A DNA stretch of 64,000 nt from Eledone cirrhosa (lineage: Eukaryota), in contig OZ024752.1 of assembly GCA_964016885.1 (NCBI GenBank), positions 35,030,001 to 35,094,000 of the forward strand, written 5' to 3'. Position numbers and translations under genes: made by a program. This document shows, piece after piece, positions 25,868 through 42,885 of this stretch. The notes beneath the pieces were generated by a model. It had not been told where the DNA came from. It saw only the letters and a program-made list of their open reading frames with translations, and did not search any database. Every line of letters begins with the position of its first letter. Position 1 is the first letter of the stretch.

Positions 25868-25868
<1 letters not shown>
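25563..25868 (-). mobile_element. Second non-autonomous RTE-like family (inverted copy at 43785-44160)
   Basis: Strong similarity to 43845-44160; 3' end 'gagtttgcagccatca' and 'acaggcattgctt' resemble the 20440 family. Confidence 0.6.
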
Positions 25869-26381
<513 letters not shown>

Positions 26382-27670
26382 CAAATGAATTTATATTTAT
26401 ATAGAAATATCTATCCATCTATTGTGGGAACCAACTCAGGGTAGACACAGGCACAGTAGAGGAAGACCTTCTCGAATATTCATCAATCAACTCTCAGACG
26501 ATACAAGCCTTGGTAGAGAGCAGTTGCCAGGAACAATGGAAAATCGTGAACTGTGGAGAGACTTTGTCAGAAAATGTTCGACTTTGGTCGTAATGGTGAT
26601 TATTAACTCGTCCCAGACAGACATTTAAGGAAGGTTACGTTTAAATTTGTCCATGTTTAAAGCTACAAAATAGCAAATTAATTTAGCTTCAGAAATTTGA
26701 AGGGAAGGAGAAGTTTATTCTGTTTATATTCTTATAATAATACGAAAGTAGTTATGAAAACAAGAGTGAAATCTTCTAATCCTTATAACAAAAATATTGG
26801 AGTTGGTTTTAACATACGATGTTTGAGGGTAGAATTAAAATATACAGAAAACATGTGAATGGCAAGATGGTAGGAAATGAAAATTAAAGTATAAGTGGGA
26901 GAGAGAGAGAGAGAGAGAGAGAGGTGAGGAACATAGAAGAAAGAGGGGGTGAGATGAGAGAAAGAAAGAGAGAGAGAGAGAAAGGGGTGGGGAGAAAGAA
27001 GAGAGAGAGAGAGAGAAAGGGGTGGCGAGAAAGAAGAAAGAAACAGAGAGATGGGAAAGAAAGAATGAGAGATGTGAGTGAAAGAAGAGAGAGAAAGGGG
27101 TTTATTAAATTAAAAGATGCCATCAAGTAAAATGAGATAAAAAAGAAACTGAACACATTGAAAGAAGCTAAAGCAATAAAAATATCTAATGTAAGATTTT
27201 TTACAAAATGGCGACGACAAAAGTAAACAAACGTGAGACAAGATGACGGCGGTGGAGAAGCGGGGAAAATAAAACATGAATTATTCAAAGTAAGCATTTT
27301 TACAACATTTACTGTGACAGAAGATAAGTTTCTGGGGAGCAGAGAATAGCTACACAGGTTCGATTCTTCTTCTTCTTCTTCTTCTTCTTCTTCTTCTTCT
27401 TCTTTTCTTCTTCTTCTTCTGCACCCTCTTATTCCTGAGTAAAGAGGCCGTGGGGGTAGAGTCCTCAAGTATTTCTTCCCCCGGGTCCAGTCAGAAGCAA
27501 GATATGATGCTTATTCACAAAATTTCAGCAAATTTCAATAATATTAAGACACCCTAATGGGGGTTAAACCCCCTATAGTGAAAATTTTGGAAGCCCATAA
27601 CTTGAGTATTGGAACTTTGAATTTCTAATTTGAAAATAATACTTTACACAAAAATGCAATGATCAAGTTT

Positions 27671-27853
27671 TGGATTGGCAGTATCGGTAGAGGGTCGGAC
27701 GCCATGCTGTCCAGCATAGTTACGTCCCTTTACGATCTGAGTTCAAGTCCCGCCGAGGTTGACTTTGCCTTTCATCCTTACGGGGTCGATAAAATAAAGT
27801 ACCAGTAATGCACTGGGTATTTGCTGGCCTTGTGCCTAAAGTAGAAACAATTA
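27671..27853 (+). mobile_element. Deu/Nin-type SINE
   Basis: Same consensus as 22295. Confidence 0.85.
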
Positions 27854-29343
27854 TTTACAAGAAACAAAGTAAGAATAAATATAATATATTACAAAAAATA
27901 ATGTTTTCCAATTTTTCATGCATTATATTTTACATTGAGTAATATTGAAATGCAGAGTTTTTCTCTATAACTTATATCACTGATTTAAAATCAATCATCA
28001 TTTTCTTATATATATATATATATACAAACGAAATTATCTGACAGTATGCAGACGATGCATTTCCACAGTTTCCACCCGATTTTGTTTAAATTTGATACAT
28101 AGATTATTTAGCTCCCGGAGCATGTAAACATAGCTTCATCTCTTAACATCCTGTACCATATAAAACTCCCACAGAGAGACATTGTTGGAAAGTAAAAAAA
28201 AAAAAAAAAACCCAGCTCCATAACTGCTTCACATTAAAAATTAATGGCTTTACTCTAATACTGCAAATTTTCACAATGATCTGTCTACTAGTAAAGATAC
28301 TGTAAACATTTGTTTTAACAAATCCACACTGTATATGTCAACATATAGTTGAAATCATGCTTGCCTCTAAAATAGCAGAGTTCTGGGGCTATTTAAAGAC
28401 GGCCAAGTTTTTCATGAGAAATCAAGAAAACCTGAAACCCACGACCAAGAAATAAATCTAAATCAAATTTAAACATCTCTAAGAAAGACAATAACGTAAT
28501 AAAAACCAACCTACTATCCTGGTACTCTGAGGACCACCAAGGTCGTCAGGCCTCAATCTCTCTTAATATCTGGTTTTTGTGAAAGGTTGTAGCTACCATT
28601 AGTACCACATATTCTGCAGAGCATGCATGCATATATTGGCCCCGTAACTCCTGAATGTGTTGTAAGGGGCGTCGTATTCATATACAGCGTTTCTAGGGCT
28701 TTTTAAAAGCTGGCGGACCCCATCTCCAACATCTCCCAGCTATATGAAATTTGAGGCGTTTCTCTTAAGATATTTCGAGTAAAAAAATTTTTAAATAATT
28801 ATACATAATCAATTTTTATGAATGATTACAAAATTAAATTACTTATAAAATGTTCCTTTTAACTAATTAATTGATTTATTTTATTTGCCGCATAGAAAAA
28901 TAAGAATATATCTTTTAAAAAAATGAGATCCCCGCCGAAGGTGTGTGACCCTAACCTATAGGTAAATTCAGCACTGGTCTAGGGGGTTTCGTTTTGTTTT
29001 AAATATATATTAAAATGTAGCTATGAAACACTACATTTTTTATGAGGGAGCCCCATGAGATGGGGGTGGATTATACAGCGGGTGTCTCTGGCCACTCTCT
29101 GATATGAAACTTCAATTGCTAGTAAGTGTTTTGCGAGTAGGTGCTGGGGGTGGAACCCAAGGCCTCAAGCTTGCAGTGATCCATCCCTGGATACAGAATG
29201 AGAAAAAGTATTTATTACAAATAAATCAATCAATAAATAAAAAGGTTCGTAAAGGGGCCTTAACTCTTGATGGAATCGTAGGGGCGTCGTCCTGACACAC
29301 GGCATGTGTTGGGTATTTTATAACCTAGAAAAGCCAATCCCTC

Positions 29344-29391
<48 letters not shown>

Positions 29392-29515
29392 GGGGTCCCA
29401 CGCGCTGGCCGTCCCATGGCCCCGGCAGACAGAAATTTAATTGTCTTAATAGCTGTATATGACAGAGACAGAAGTTATGTTCATGTCTTGTAATGTGAGT
29501 AAATATTTTTGTTGG

Positions 29516-29920
29516 AGGAGGCGGGGCTTTGTGGTTAAGGTATTCGGCTCACAATGGTAAGGTCATGGGTTCGATTCCCGGCGGCGCGGTGTGTCCTTGA
29601 GGAAGACACTTTATTTCATGTTACTCCAGTCCACTCAGCTGCCCACCCCCACCCCCACCCCCCCAAAATGAGTTGTACATGTAATTCGAAGGGCCAGATT
29701 TGTCACATTCTGTGGTGTCACGCTGAATCTCCCTGAGAACCACATTAAGGGTACGCGTGTCTGTGGAATGTTCAGCCGCTCTCTGTGTCACGCCGAATCT
29801 CCCCGAGAAGTACGCTGATGCTCAGCCACTTGCACGTACATTTCACGAGAGCAGGCTGTTCCTGTTCCGTTGATCGGATCAACTGGAAACACTCGTCGTC
29901 GTAACCGACGGAGTGTCAGT
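29516..29920 (+). mobile_element. tRNA-derived SINE, long form
   Basis: A-box-like 'gctttgtggttaagg', B-box GGTTCGATTCCC, core 'gtgtccttgag.aagacactttatttca', 3' end 'gatcggatcaactgg...cgtcgtaaccgacgg'. Confidence 0.8.
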
Positions 29921-30350
29921 TAATTAGTTAATGTTTTGTTGAAGGAGGGAGAGTAGAAGGGGGGGGGGGGGGCTGGCTTTCGGTGATGTTTATTTTGGCA
30001 CAAAGGAACTCCCACTATTTAATAATCAAATAGTATGAATTGCCTTTGTTGTGGAGTAAAAATAATAATAAAACAATAAACCTTTATAACAAGTAATTTG
30101 GGGACATGTGACGCTGAAGTTCAGATCAGACTGATGGTGTGTGTGGGGGGGGGGGATTCACACACACACATGAGATATAGAGGGGGGGGGGGGAGAAAGA
30201 CAATAGAAGAGATATAGAAGGAGAGGAAAGGAAAGTAGTGAGGAAGTGAAAGGGCTGTAAAAAGAAGGGCTTCTTTTTTCTTTTTTACAGCCAACTGATA
30301 AAGGTATGATTTTCCTGGGTGCGTCTCTATTTATAAAAAAACAAACTTTG

Positions 30351-30413
30351 TATTTTATCTGAAGAAAGCGTACCAAAGTCTTTTGGTACCCTTGAAATAT
30401 ATATAATAAAATA
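30351..30413 (+). ncRNA. Type I hammerhead ribozyme
   Basis: tattttat-CTGAAGA-aagcgtaccaaa-gtct-tttggtaccctt-GAAA-tatata-TA-ataaaata: 8-bp stem I, ~11-bp stem II, palindromic stem III. Confidence 0.85.
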
Positions 30414-30452
30414 AATATGGTTTTATAAATATAGTTTCCATTTATTTAATAT

Positions 30453-30498
<46 letters not shown>

Positions 30499-30538
30499 TA
30501 TGTAACCCATGTGCAACCACGCAGCACGCCATTTTTCC

Positions 30539-30596
<58 letters not shown>

Positions 30597-31901
30597 AGAA
30601 TAGATACTACAGATGGGGGTAAATAGGGCTTATTATATATAGAGTTACGGACCTTTATTGTCTGAGTTCAAATCCCGCCGAGGTTAACTTTGCCTTTTGT
30701 CCTTACGGGGTCGATAAAATAAAGTACCAGTAATACACTGGAATAATTGCTGGCCTTGTGTCAAAAGTAGAAACAATTATATATATAGAGAGAGAGGTAG
30801 AAAGAGAAGGAAAAAGAGATATAGAGAAGGGGACAGAGAGAGAGAGAGAAAGCAGCATCCATCTCTACTACACTTTCCCTCTCTGGTGGTGACCGACATA
30901 ATATTATGTGGATTGATTGGTTAGTTAAAAACCATAATATACTAGTTTAGCGTTAAAAACCATAATATACTAGTTTAGCGTTAAAAACCATAATATACTA
31001 GTTTAGCGTTAAAAACATGTATTTATTTTCAATTTTATATTATCTCCGCTTCTATCACTAGAGATACATACACTGACACACACACACATACATACACACA
31101 TACACTGACACACGGACATACACACGTACATACATACACACATACACTGACACACGGACATACACACATCCATACATACGCGGACACAGACACAGACGGA
31201 CGTACATACACACACACACTCATACTCACACACTCACTCACTCACATACACACTCCCGTACACACATTCACATTTCACACACGGACATACACACTCTCAC
31301 ACACACATGTACATTCACATACGGACGCACACTTGCACTCACACAACACACACGCACGCACTCACTCCCACACGTTTACACACACGCACACACACACACA
31401 CACACACCCGGATACACATCCACACACTCGCACTTGCACGGCCGCACAGTCTTACTCACCCTCAGCCGCACACGCTCACTCACACAAACATTAACAACCA
31501 CGCACACGCATGCGTTTATTGGCAGAAGTATGTGACAAAAAACCCAACACCAACACAATTGAATTTCAGTTGTAGAGTAGTTGTTAAGCAACAACACTTC
31601 ACCACACCACACTAGATCACAAAAGACCACGCCAGATCACACACATCACACCAGACCACACCACACCATACCAAACCATACTATACCAGACCAGATTTTT
31701 CCCATGTCTCAGTCCGGACGTCTGGATCGGATCGGAACTTACTCATACCCGATAAACATGCAAGGACTCAAACAACAAAAACAAGACAAGCGACAACTGC
31801 CTTTTAGACCTATTTACTTGGGATAATTACTAAAAACATACCAAGTTTATTACTTTTTCGGAATAATAATCTGGATATTAACAACAACGAGAAATTTCAC
31901 T

Positions 31902-31948
<47 letters not shown>

Positions 31949-32929
31949 CTTGTGTTAAATAAAGCGGTGTTCTCCACGTGAGTTACTGTTATTTCTAAAA
32001 TTAAATTCGCTTCGTAACTTTTCATTGTTATACAGTATATATATCTTCCATTCAAATTCTTCTCTCACTTCCCGCACCTATTTCGTTTCATCATCATCCT
32101 CTTCCTAATCATCATCATCATCATCATCATCATCGTTATCCCGTGGCTTATTTGTGGGTTTTCTCTACAAATGACCCTCGGAGGTGTTCCCCGTTGTTGG
32201 GAGCAATTTGTTGTTTCTCTCATACACTACCCCCCCCCCCCCTTACACTCTATAGTCCTGTACCTTCCTTATTGTCCTCCTAATGTAAGCCCTGTGCAGC
32301 TAATAAAGAAACTAGGCCCTTGCCATTCTGAGTTCAAATCCCGCCGAGGTTGACTTTGCCTTTCATCCTTACGGGGGTCGATAACATAAAGTACCAGTAA
32401 TGTACTGGGTAATTGCTGGCCTTGTGCCAAAAGTAGAAACAATTATTATTATTACCTTTACGTTCTGAGTTCAAATCCCACTGAGGTTAGTTTTGCCTTT
32501 CATCCTTACGGGGTTGATAAAATAAAGCACCAGTAACGTACTGGTGTCGATTTAATCGACCCCCTCCCCTCTCTCACCCAAAATTGCTGGCCTTGTGTCT
32601 AAATCACAAACCATTATTTTATAGCTACCCAACGGCTTTTAAATATCCTACATGATATAACAAATGTTTTTGTTTTTACATATGTAGGAGTAAAGTTGGA
32701 ATTTAAACATTCAAATCTATCTATATCTATCCAATTAATATACTTCTATCGACCCGCCCAATAACGGCGAGTGTATATTATCCGTCTGTATGTGTGTGTG
32801 TGTTTGTGTGAGTATATGTGTGTGTTTGTGTATGTCTGCCTACCTCGTCCTCTTTATCAATCTATTTATCCATCTCAATCTCTCTCTCTCTCCCTCTCTA
32901 TTTTATTTTTATACTTTTATATCCTCTTA

Positions 32930-33022
32930 TTGCCTCCTCCATATTGAGGACGCCTTTGCATGTAAACTCCCCCCTTTGTACTTGTCCCACTTTTGATGCC
33001 CTGGTGGCAAATAAAAAGAAAG

Positions 33023-33060
<38 letters not shown>

Positions 33061-33333
33061 GAAAAAAAAAAAAAAAAAGAGGAAGGAACGAGGGAGCACC
33101 CCCTCTCTGTGCTCCTGAGGAAAAGGGTTGCACACTTTTTTCGGGGGTGTGTGCGACCCCCCAAGGCGCCTCCTCTCTATTGAGGATTTTGTTAAAAATT
33201 TTATTTTTTGTTATATCTTATTTTATTTTTATATTTTGTTATTGCCTCCTCCTTATTGAGGACGCCTTTTTGTGTAAACTCCCCCCTTTGTACTTGTCCC
33301 ACTTTTGATGCCCTAGTGGCAAATAAAAGAAAC

Positions 33334-33382
<49 letters not shown>

Positions 33383-33753
33383 CCTTCTTTAAGTATCACT
33401 TTAGAAGGAGAATCAGGGTGGAGAGAGAGGCACTGCACCCCAGTAAATTTACTGAAAGGTGGGTGAATGAAGCGAAAATGGCCCGAGTGATTGGGCCTTC
33501 TCTGTTTATAAGCCTGTAGGTTGAGGAAGAGAGCAAAAGGAAGAAAGGAGCACTTGCACAACACGCTCCTCGAGTTGAGGGTTGTTCTATCGACGGGGTA
33601 TTAAACAACCCATTTATGACGCCTCCCCCCTATTGGGGATTTCGATTGTTGTAATTGTTTGTTTTTATATTTTTTTACACGACTGTATGTAAAATCCCCG
33701 GCATGTCTTTGTATTGTCCCCTTTTCTTGTGCGCCCTTGTGGCTAATAAAGAA

Positions 33754-33815
<62 letters not shown>

Positions 33816-33940
33816 GTATTTGTCCCCTTCTTTTGTGCCCCTGTGGCTAATAAAGAAATATATCTATCTATCTTTGTATGTAAACTTCCCCCTTTGTATT
33901 TGTCCCCTTCTTTTGTGCCCCTGTGGCTAATAAAGAAATA

Positions 33941-34000
<60 letters not shown>

Positions 34001-34155
34001 CAACACGCCCCCTCCCTTTTGAGGACTTTTTATTGTTATATTATTATTGTTATTCCTTTTTTCTTTACTCGATTTATGTAAACTCCCCCACTGTGTAAAT
34101 GTCCCCTTCTTTTGTGCCCTCGTGGCAAATAAATAGAAATTTATCTATCTATCTG
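32930..34155 (+). mobile_element. Cluster of Tx1/L1-clade LINE 3' ends separated by (TCTA)n
   Basis: At least six 3' termini 'tgtcccc..ttttg.gccc..gtggc.AATAAA', each followed by (TCTA)n; 33378-33519 encodes FFKYHFRRRIRVEREALHPSKFTERWV. Confidence 0.75.
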
Positions 34156-34242
34156 AGTGTATGTATTTAACCGAAAAGAGTAACTAAACCGGTTCACGGG
34201 TCGTGCATTCTTGGGTGGCCTTTAACTGTTGTTCTTAACTAG

Positions 34243-34825
34243 TTGGCTAAATGGTTGGTTGACTGGTTGATTGGTTGACTGGATGGTTGGTTGACTGGAT
34301 GGTTGGTTGGCTGGATGGTTGGTTGGCTGGATGGTTGGTTGGTTGGCTGGATGGCTGGCTTACTGGATGGTTGGTTGACTGGATGGTTGGTTGACTGGAT
34401 GGTTGGCTGACTGGATGGTTGGCTGGTTGGCTGGCTTACTGGATGGTTGGTTGGCTGGATGGTTGGTTGACTGGATGGTTGGCTGACTGGATGGTTGGTT
34501 GGTTGGCTGGTTGGCTGGCTTATTGGATGGTTGGTTGGCTGGATGGTTGGTTGACTGGATGGTTGGTTGGTTGGCTGGTTGGCTGGCTTACTGGATGGTT
34601 GGTTGGCTGGTTGGTTGGCTGGCTTACTGGATGGTTGGTTGGCTGGATGGTTGGTTGGCTGGTTGGCTGGCTTACTGGATGGTTGGTTGGCTGGCTTACT
34701 GGATGGTTGGTTGGCTGGATGGTTGGTTGGCTGGTTGGTTGGCTGGTTGGTTGGATGGATGGTTGGTTGGTTGGTTAGCTGGCTGTCTGGTTGGCTGGCT
34801 GGCTCGTTGGCTGGCTGGTTGGTTC
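34243..34825. repeat. (TGGY)n tetranucleotide satellite
   Basis: Direct reading. Confidence 0.95.
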
Positions 34826-35320
34826 ATAAAATATCGGTTTTAACTTAACAATACTCATAATTCACACACAAACACTCAATAAACATGTATATACACACAC
34901 AACACAACACACACACATACACATATATACACAACACAACATACACGAACGCAATAAACATACACACACACAACCAAGGGCCTTGTTACAGGGGGTACCA
35001 GGGGACGAGTGCCCCCCCCACTCCCCACAACTGACTGAGGACACACACACACACACACATGAAAGAAACAGGTGACACACACACACACGAAAAAAACCGA
35101 GGACACACACACACACACACGAAAACACCGGGGACACACACACACACGAAAACACCTGACACACACACACACACACGAAAACACCGGGGAAAACAAATTT
35201 TTTCCACTGAAATCGATGGCGGGGAAGGGGGGGGGAACTGTTCTATAAATTTACTCAAATTTCATTCACAAAGCTTGGGTCGACCTAAAAGTGTAGTAAA
35301 AATAGAAATTAAAAGAAAAC

Positions 35321-36101
35321 CCACTCAGAGGGATTCGAGACCCCAGAACCCAACCAGTGGGATTCGAGACCCCAGAACCAAACCAGAGGGATTCGAGACC
35401 CCAGAACCCAGCCAGAGGGATTCGAGGCCCCAGAACCAAACCAGAGGGATTCGAGACCCCAGAACCCAACCAGAGGGATTCGAGACCCCAGAACCCAGCC
35501 AGAGGGATTCGAGACCCCAGAACCCAGCCAGAGGGATTCGAGACCCCAGAACCCAGCCAGAGGAGTTCGAGACCCCAGAACCCAGCCAGAGGGATTCGAG
35601 ATCCCAGAACCCAACCAGAGGAGTTCGAGACCCCAGAACCCAACCAGAGGGATTCGAGACCCCAGAACCCAGCCAGAGGGATTCGAGACCCCAGAACCCA
35701 GCCAGAGGGATTCGAGACCCCAGAACCCAGCCAGAGGGATTCGAGATCCCAGAACCCAACCAGAGGGATTCGAGACCCCAGAACCCAGCCAGAGGGATTC
35801 GAGACCCCAGAACCAAACCAGAGGGATTCGAGATCCCAGAACCAAACCAGAGGGATTCGAGACCCCAGAACCCAACCAGAGGGATTCGAGATCCCAGAAC
35901 CCAACCAGAGGGATTCGAGATCCCAGAACCCAGCCAGAGGGATTCGAGACCCCAGAACCCAACCAGAGGGATTCGAGACCCCAGAACCCAACCAGAGGGA
36001 TTCGAGACCCCAGAACCCAACCAGAGGGATTCGAGGCCCCAGAACCAAACCAGAGGAATTCGAGACCCCAGAACCCATCCAGAGGGATTCGAGACCCCAG
36101 A
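35321..36101. repeat. 29-bp minisatellite, about 27 copies
   Basis: Unit ccagagggattcgagaccccagaaccca(a/g). Confidence 0.97.
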
Positions 36102-36287
36102 TTACTTAATTAAGAAACGAACTTTTTAAACGACTTTGGATCTGCCCTCGTCTATTCTATTTTTTTTGCGTTTGTTTCTTTCATGGACACATACATACAT
36201 ACGTACACACATACATACGTACACACATACATACGTACACACATACATACGTACACACATACATACGTACACACATACATACGTACA

Positions 36288-36898
36288 TGGTGGCTGCCAA
36301 CTCGTTTTCGAGTACGGCCACTACTTTATATCCATGTAGGAGAACCCCTACCGATGCGCTGAACGAATGTGACTTTTTAGTCCAGCCAGCGACTTGAAAA
36401 CTCTGGTACAAAGACTACATTTGTGACCATTATTGACACATAGTGCAGGGCCCATGGTACCATGTGATGACAAGTGCAGAGAGATCTCCAGATATAAAGC
36501 AATGCCTGTGCTGTGAAGCTTTTATAGTGAGCAAAGGTACTGCACAAAGCCAGTCCCACTCTCTTAACCAAGATGATATTTACCAAAAAGAAGAACAAGT
36601 CAACATCATTGGATACCATCAGGGTTGCAGGTGTTATATCAGAGTTTTCCTTCTCCTAGAATTCTGCCTTGACAAAGGCTAAGGGGTCATCTCCCCCGGT
36701 GATTTTGGATGGCTATTGAGTCTTAAGAGCTCCCTTGCCCTTTGACAGGTTTTGTTTTTAGTCCTGCAGGATGTCCAAAGTCACCCTCCTCACCAAGAAA
36801 CCTTGGTGGGGTTGCCAGTTTAGTCGCCAACGACCCGACCATGAGACAGGTTGTACTGGGATACATGTTACCAGTAGCACCAACTGGTGACCTGACAT
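36288..36898 (-). mobile_element. Non-autonomous RTE (BovB-like) derivative
   Basis: Reverse complement of 20440-20964 with an extra ~85-90 bp near 36697-36785; embedded in (TACA/TACG)n. Confidence 0.75.
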
Positions 36899-38030
36899 AC
36901 GTACATACATACATACGTACACACATACATACGTACACACATACATACGTACATACATACATACGTACACACATACATACGTACACACATACATACGTAC
37001 ACACATACATACGTACACACATACATACGTACATACATACATACGTACATACACACGCACATACATACGCACATACACACGTCCGTACACACATACATAC
37101 ACACGTACGTACACACATACATACACACGCCCGTACACACGTACGTACATACACACGTCCGTGCACACATACATACATACGTACATACACACGTCCGTGC
37201 ACACATACATACATACGTACATACACACGTCCGTGCACACATACATACATACGTACATACACACGTCCGTGCACACATACATACATACGTACATACACAC
37301 GTCCGTGCACACATACATACATACGTACATACACACGTCCGTGCACACATACATACATACGTACATACACACGTCCGGACATACGTACATACACACGTCC
37401 GTACACACATACATACATACGTACATACACACGCCCGTACATACACACACACACACACATACATACGTCCGTACACACGTACATACACACGTCCGTCTGT
37501 CTGTCTGTTTGCGTCTGAGTGTGTGTGTGTGTGTGTTTGTGTGTGTGAGTGTGTTTGTGTGTGTGTGTATGTGTGTGTTTCTGTGTGTGTTTGTGTGTGT
37601 TTGTGTGTGTGTGTATGTTTGTGTCTGTGTGTTTGTGTGTCTGTGTTTGTGTGTGTGTGTGTGTGTTTGTGTATGTGTTTATGTGTGTGTGTTTATGTTT
37701 GTGTGTGTGTGTGTGTGTATGTGTTTGTGTGTGTTTTCGTCTGTGTGTGTGTGTGTGTGTGTAACAGATGTTGTGTGTACTCAAGTGATTCACTAAAATA
37801 CCCAACACGCCCCACCCTATCTCTTTTATACTCCGGCTCTCACACAGTTCTTTTTCACTTTTTCCCTGTTATTGTACTGCCGCTGGATGAATCATTAGCA
37901 TTACTTACTGTTCACAGCAGACACAATCAAAGACACAGACATAGGTGAATTGTTGATAAGAAGTGTGCTTTGTCACGGTCATAAGGTGGCTGGTGATAGG
38001 GCAGGACTTACATCTGATGAGGATCTAAGC

Positions 38031-39204
38031 CAGGGGTTCTCAACTCTTTTTTCGCTGTGGACCACCAAAATAAGTAATCTTTTCCTGTGGACCACCTAAA
38101 CTTTTAAATCTTTTGTAATAGAACTGCTACAGTAGATGTTTTGTAATAGAACTGCTACAGTAGATGTTTTTTTACAATGAATTAGAAAATGCTATTATCA
38201 TGAATTAGAAAATGCTATTATCATGTTTTTTTACAATGAATTAGAAAATGCTATTATCATGAATTAGAAAATGCTATTATCATGTCGCAGTGCCTAAATT
38301 TTTTCCTGTGGACCACCTAAACTTTTAAATCTTTTGTAATAGAACTGCTACAGTAGATGTTTTGTAATAGAACTGCTACAGTAGATGTTTTGTAATAGAA
38401 CTGCTACAGTAGATGTTTTGTAATAGAACTGCATCAGTAGATGTTTTTTTACAATGAATTAGAAAATGCTATTATCATGTCGCAGTGCCTAAAAATCTAC
38501 GCAAATAAACAGCTGAAGTCGTAATTATGCAAAGAATAAGAACAGCGCTTTAAGTCAAATCAGACTCAGAGGCTCCCGCGTCTTGCGACACATGAGGCAA
38601 TCATAGTGTTCCACCGCGTTCGGTCAGCAGCCAGTTGCACAGCGTCCCGCCATTGTCTGTTTGTCGCTCGCAGGTCCCTCTCAACTGTCTGGCGCCAGTT
38701 CATTTTGGGTCGCCCTCTCCGTCTGCTTCCCCGCGGGCTCCATTTAAGTACTTGGTTCGCCACTCTCTCCGGGGGAAGTCTCAAAGCGTGCCCAAACCAG
38801 CCCAGGCGTCGCTTGCAGATGGCAGAAGAGACTAGCTGCTGGTTGGTGCGGTTCCTGACTTCCTCGTTTGTTACATGGTCACTCCATTTAATCCCCAGGA
38901 TCTTTCGCAGACACCTGGAATCGAATGCGTCCAACTTCTTCTCTTGGTTGGTCTTAAGGTGCCGTGTTTCACTTCCGTACAAGAGTATGGACAGCACGTT
39001 GTTGTAGAATCTCATCTTTGTTTTGAGGGTGAACTTCCCGCTCTTCCAGATCTTGACAAGCTGGTTAAATGCTGCCGAAGCCGTTCCCATTAAGTCAAAT
39101 GCATGGATCAAAAAAGAATTTGCTATTGAAAATTTTCTGTGGACCACCTGAATTTTCCTGTGGACCACTAGTGGTCCACATGGACCAGAGGTTCAGAACC
39201 TCTG
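38031..39204. mobile_element. hAT (Charlie-like) non-autonomous DNA transposon with nested RTE
   Basis: 8-bp TSD ATCTAAGC at 38023-38030 and 39205-39212; TIRs CAGGGGTTCTCAAC / GTTCAGAACCTCTG; subterminal gtggaccac repeats. Confidence 0.88.
38561..39089 (-). pseudogene. 5'-truncated RTE-clade LINE (ORF C-terminus)
   Basis: Open frame ...KTKMRFYNNVLSILLYGSET...RCLRKILGIKWSDHVTNEEV...RRLGWFGHALR...RRRGRPKMNW...AADRTRW; 11-bp TSD ttaagtcaaat at 38550-38560 and 39090-39100. Confidence 0.9.
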
Positions 39205-39469
39205 ATCTAAGCTATATGATGTTTGAGCAGCGGTTTGCAGAGCTCTGGTGATGTCCGGAGGGGAGCAAATCTTGATTGTATGTCCTCACCACCCAAAGAC
39301 TCATGTATACTGAGAAATATTATGAGAAAGGAAAACATTTTGAATAATAAACACAGATGAAACATGAAATATAAATCAATTAAATTTATCAAGTTCTTTC
39401 CCCAAATGATGCCCCTATCCAAAGGATGCCCGGGGCCAAAGCACCGCCACCCCCCACCCCCCTCCTGTA

Positions 39470-39702
39470 CATACTTGATACTTGATACTTGAGGTAGTAG
39501 AGTGAGTTATATAAAAAATTCGGGCCCCCTACGGCTGAGCTCCTGCCGTAGGGGGCCCGTAGGGATCTAGCTGTTGAATTGTTCATATATTACATACATA
39601 TATATATGTATGTATATATGAACAATTCAACAGCCGTAGGGGGCCCGAATTTTTGATATAACTCACTCTACTACCTCAAGTATCAAGTATCAAGTATCAA
39701 GT
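39470..39702. mobile_element. Fold-back remnant related to the 44211 family
   Basis: Inverted arms tacttgaggtagtagagtgagttata...ttcgggccccctacggctg / cagccgtagggggcccgaa...tataactcactctactacctcaagta. Confidence 0.65.
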
Positions 39703-39744
39703 TACTCTAGTGAGGAATGATCTAACTAGATTTTACTCATTTTG

Positions 39745-42420
<2,676 letters not shown>

Positions 42421-42624
42421 ATACTTGGGGAGGGTCATATTTGCGTAATATTGCCAGAATTAATAACAGAACACACTCACTGTTTGGTTGGTTTTCGCTT
42501 CTCGCTGTCTTTTATATCTGCGATCTAACTTACTCGGTCCTCAATGTTGCCATTGACTGACCGACGGTCAAAAATAATACAGATACAATATAGACACAAA
42601 CACATATATATAGTTTACATAATT

Positions 42625-42666
42625 TACATAAATCTTTCGTTGCACATCTGCAACATCGTCAGTGGT
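42625..42666 (-). ncRNA. Minimal hammerhead motif, stems I/III degenerate
   Basis: Minus strand: ca-CTGACGA-t-gttgca-gatg-tgcaac-GAAA-gatt-TA-tg. Confidence 0.55.
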
Positions 42667-42799
42667 GTTATATTTTTTCCTCCTGCTGTGTTGTATGTCT
42701 ACGCCATCTATATATATATCTATATACATTATGAAGAGAGAAGAAACATTTAGATATAATTAGTAATAAAATGTATCATACCTAAACTGTTCCTAAATT

Positions 42800-42885
42800 C
42801 CTCGACTACGTAGTTTCGTGGCATAAACAAAAACAATATATCAAAGATATAGAGTCCTTGCGAGGTCTGCCGACTTATCAAGAGG
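42800..42885 (-). ncRNA. Decayed hammerhead ribozyme (core TTGATAA)
   Basis: Minus strand: cctc-TTGATAA-gtcggca...tgccac-GAAAC-tacgta-GTC-gagg; palindromic stem III. Confidence 0.55.

Noticed and set aside
29516-29590. tRNA gene
   Set aside because: A/B boxes are present but continue into a SINE core with no complete cloverleaf; the same applies to the other SINE heads
35059-36129. 356-aa and overlapping repetitive ORFs
   Set aside because: Translations of a 29-bp satellite that is open in several frames on both strands; no splice or homology support
38014-38030. CTGATGA upstream of the hAT element as a hammerhead core
   Set aside because: No stem II-GAAA follows, even after removing the insertion
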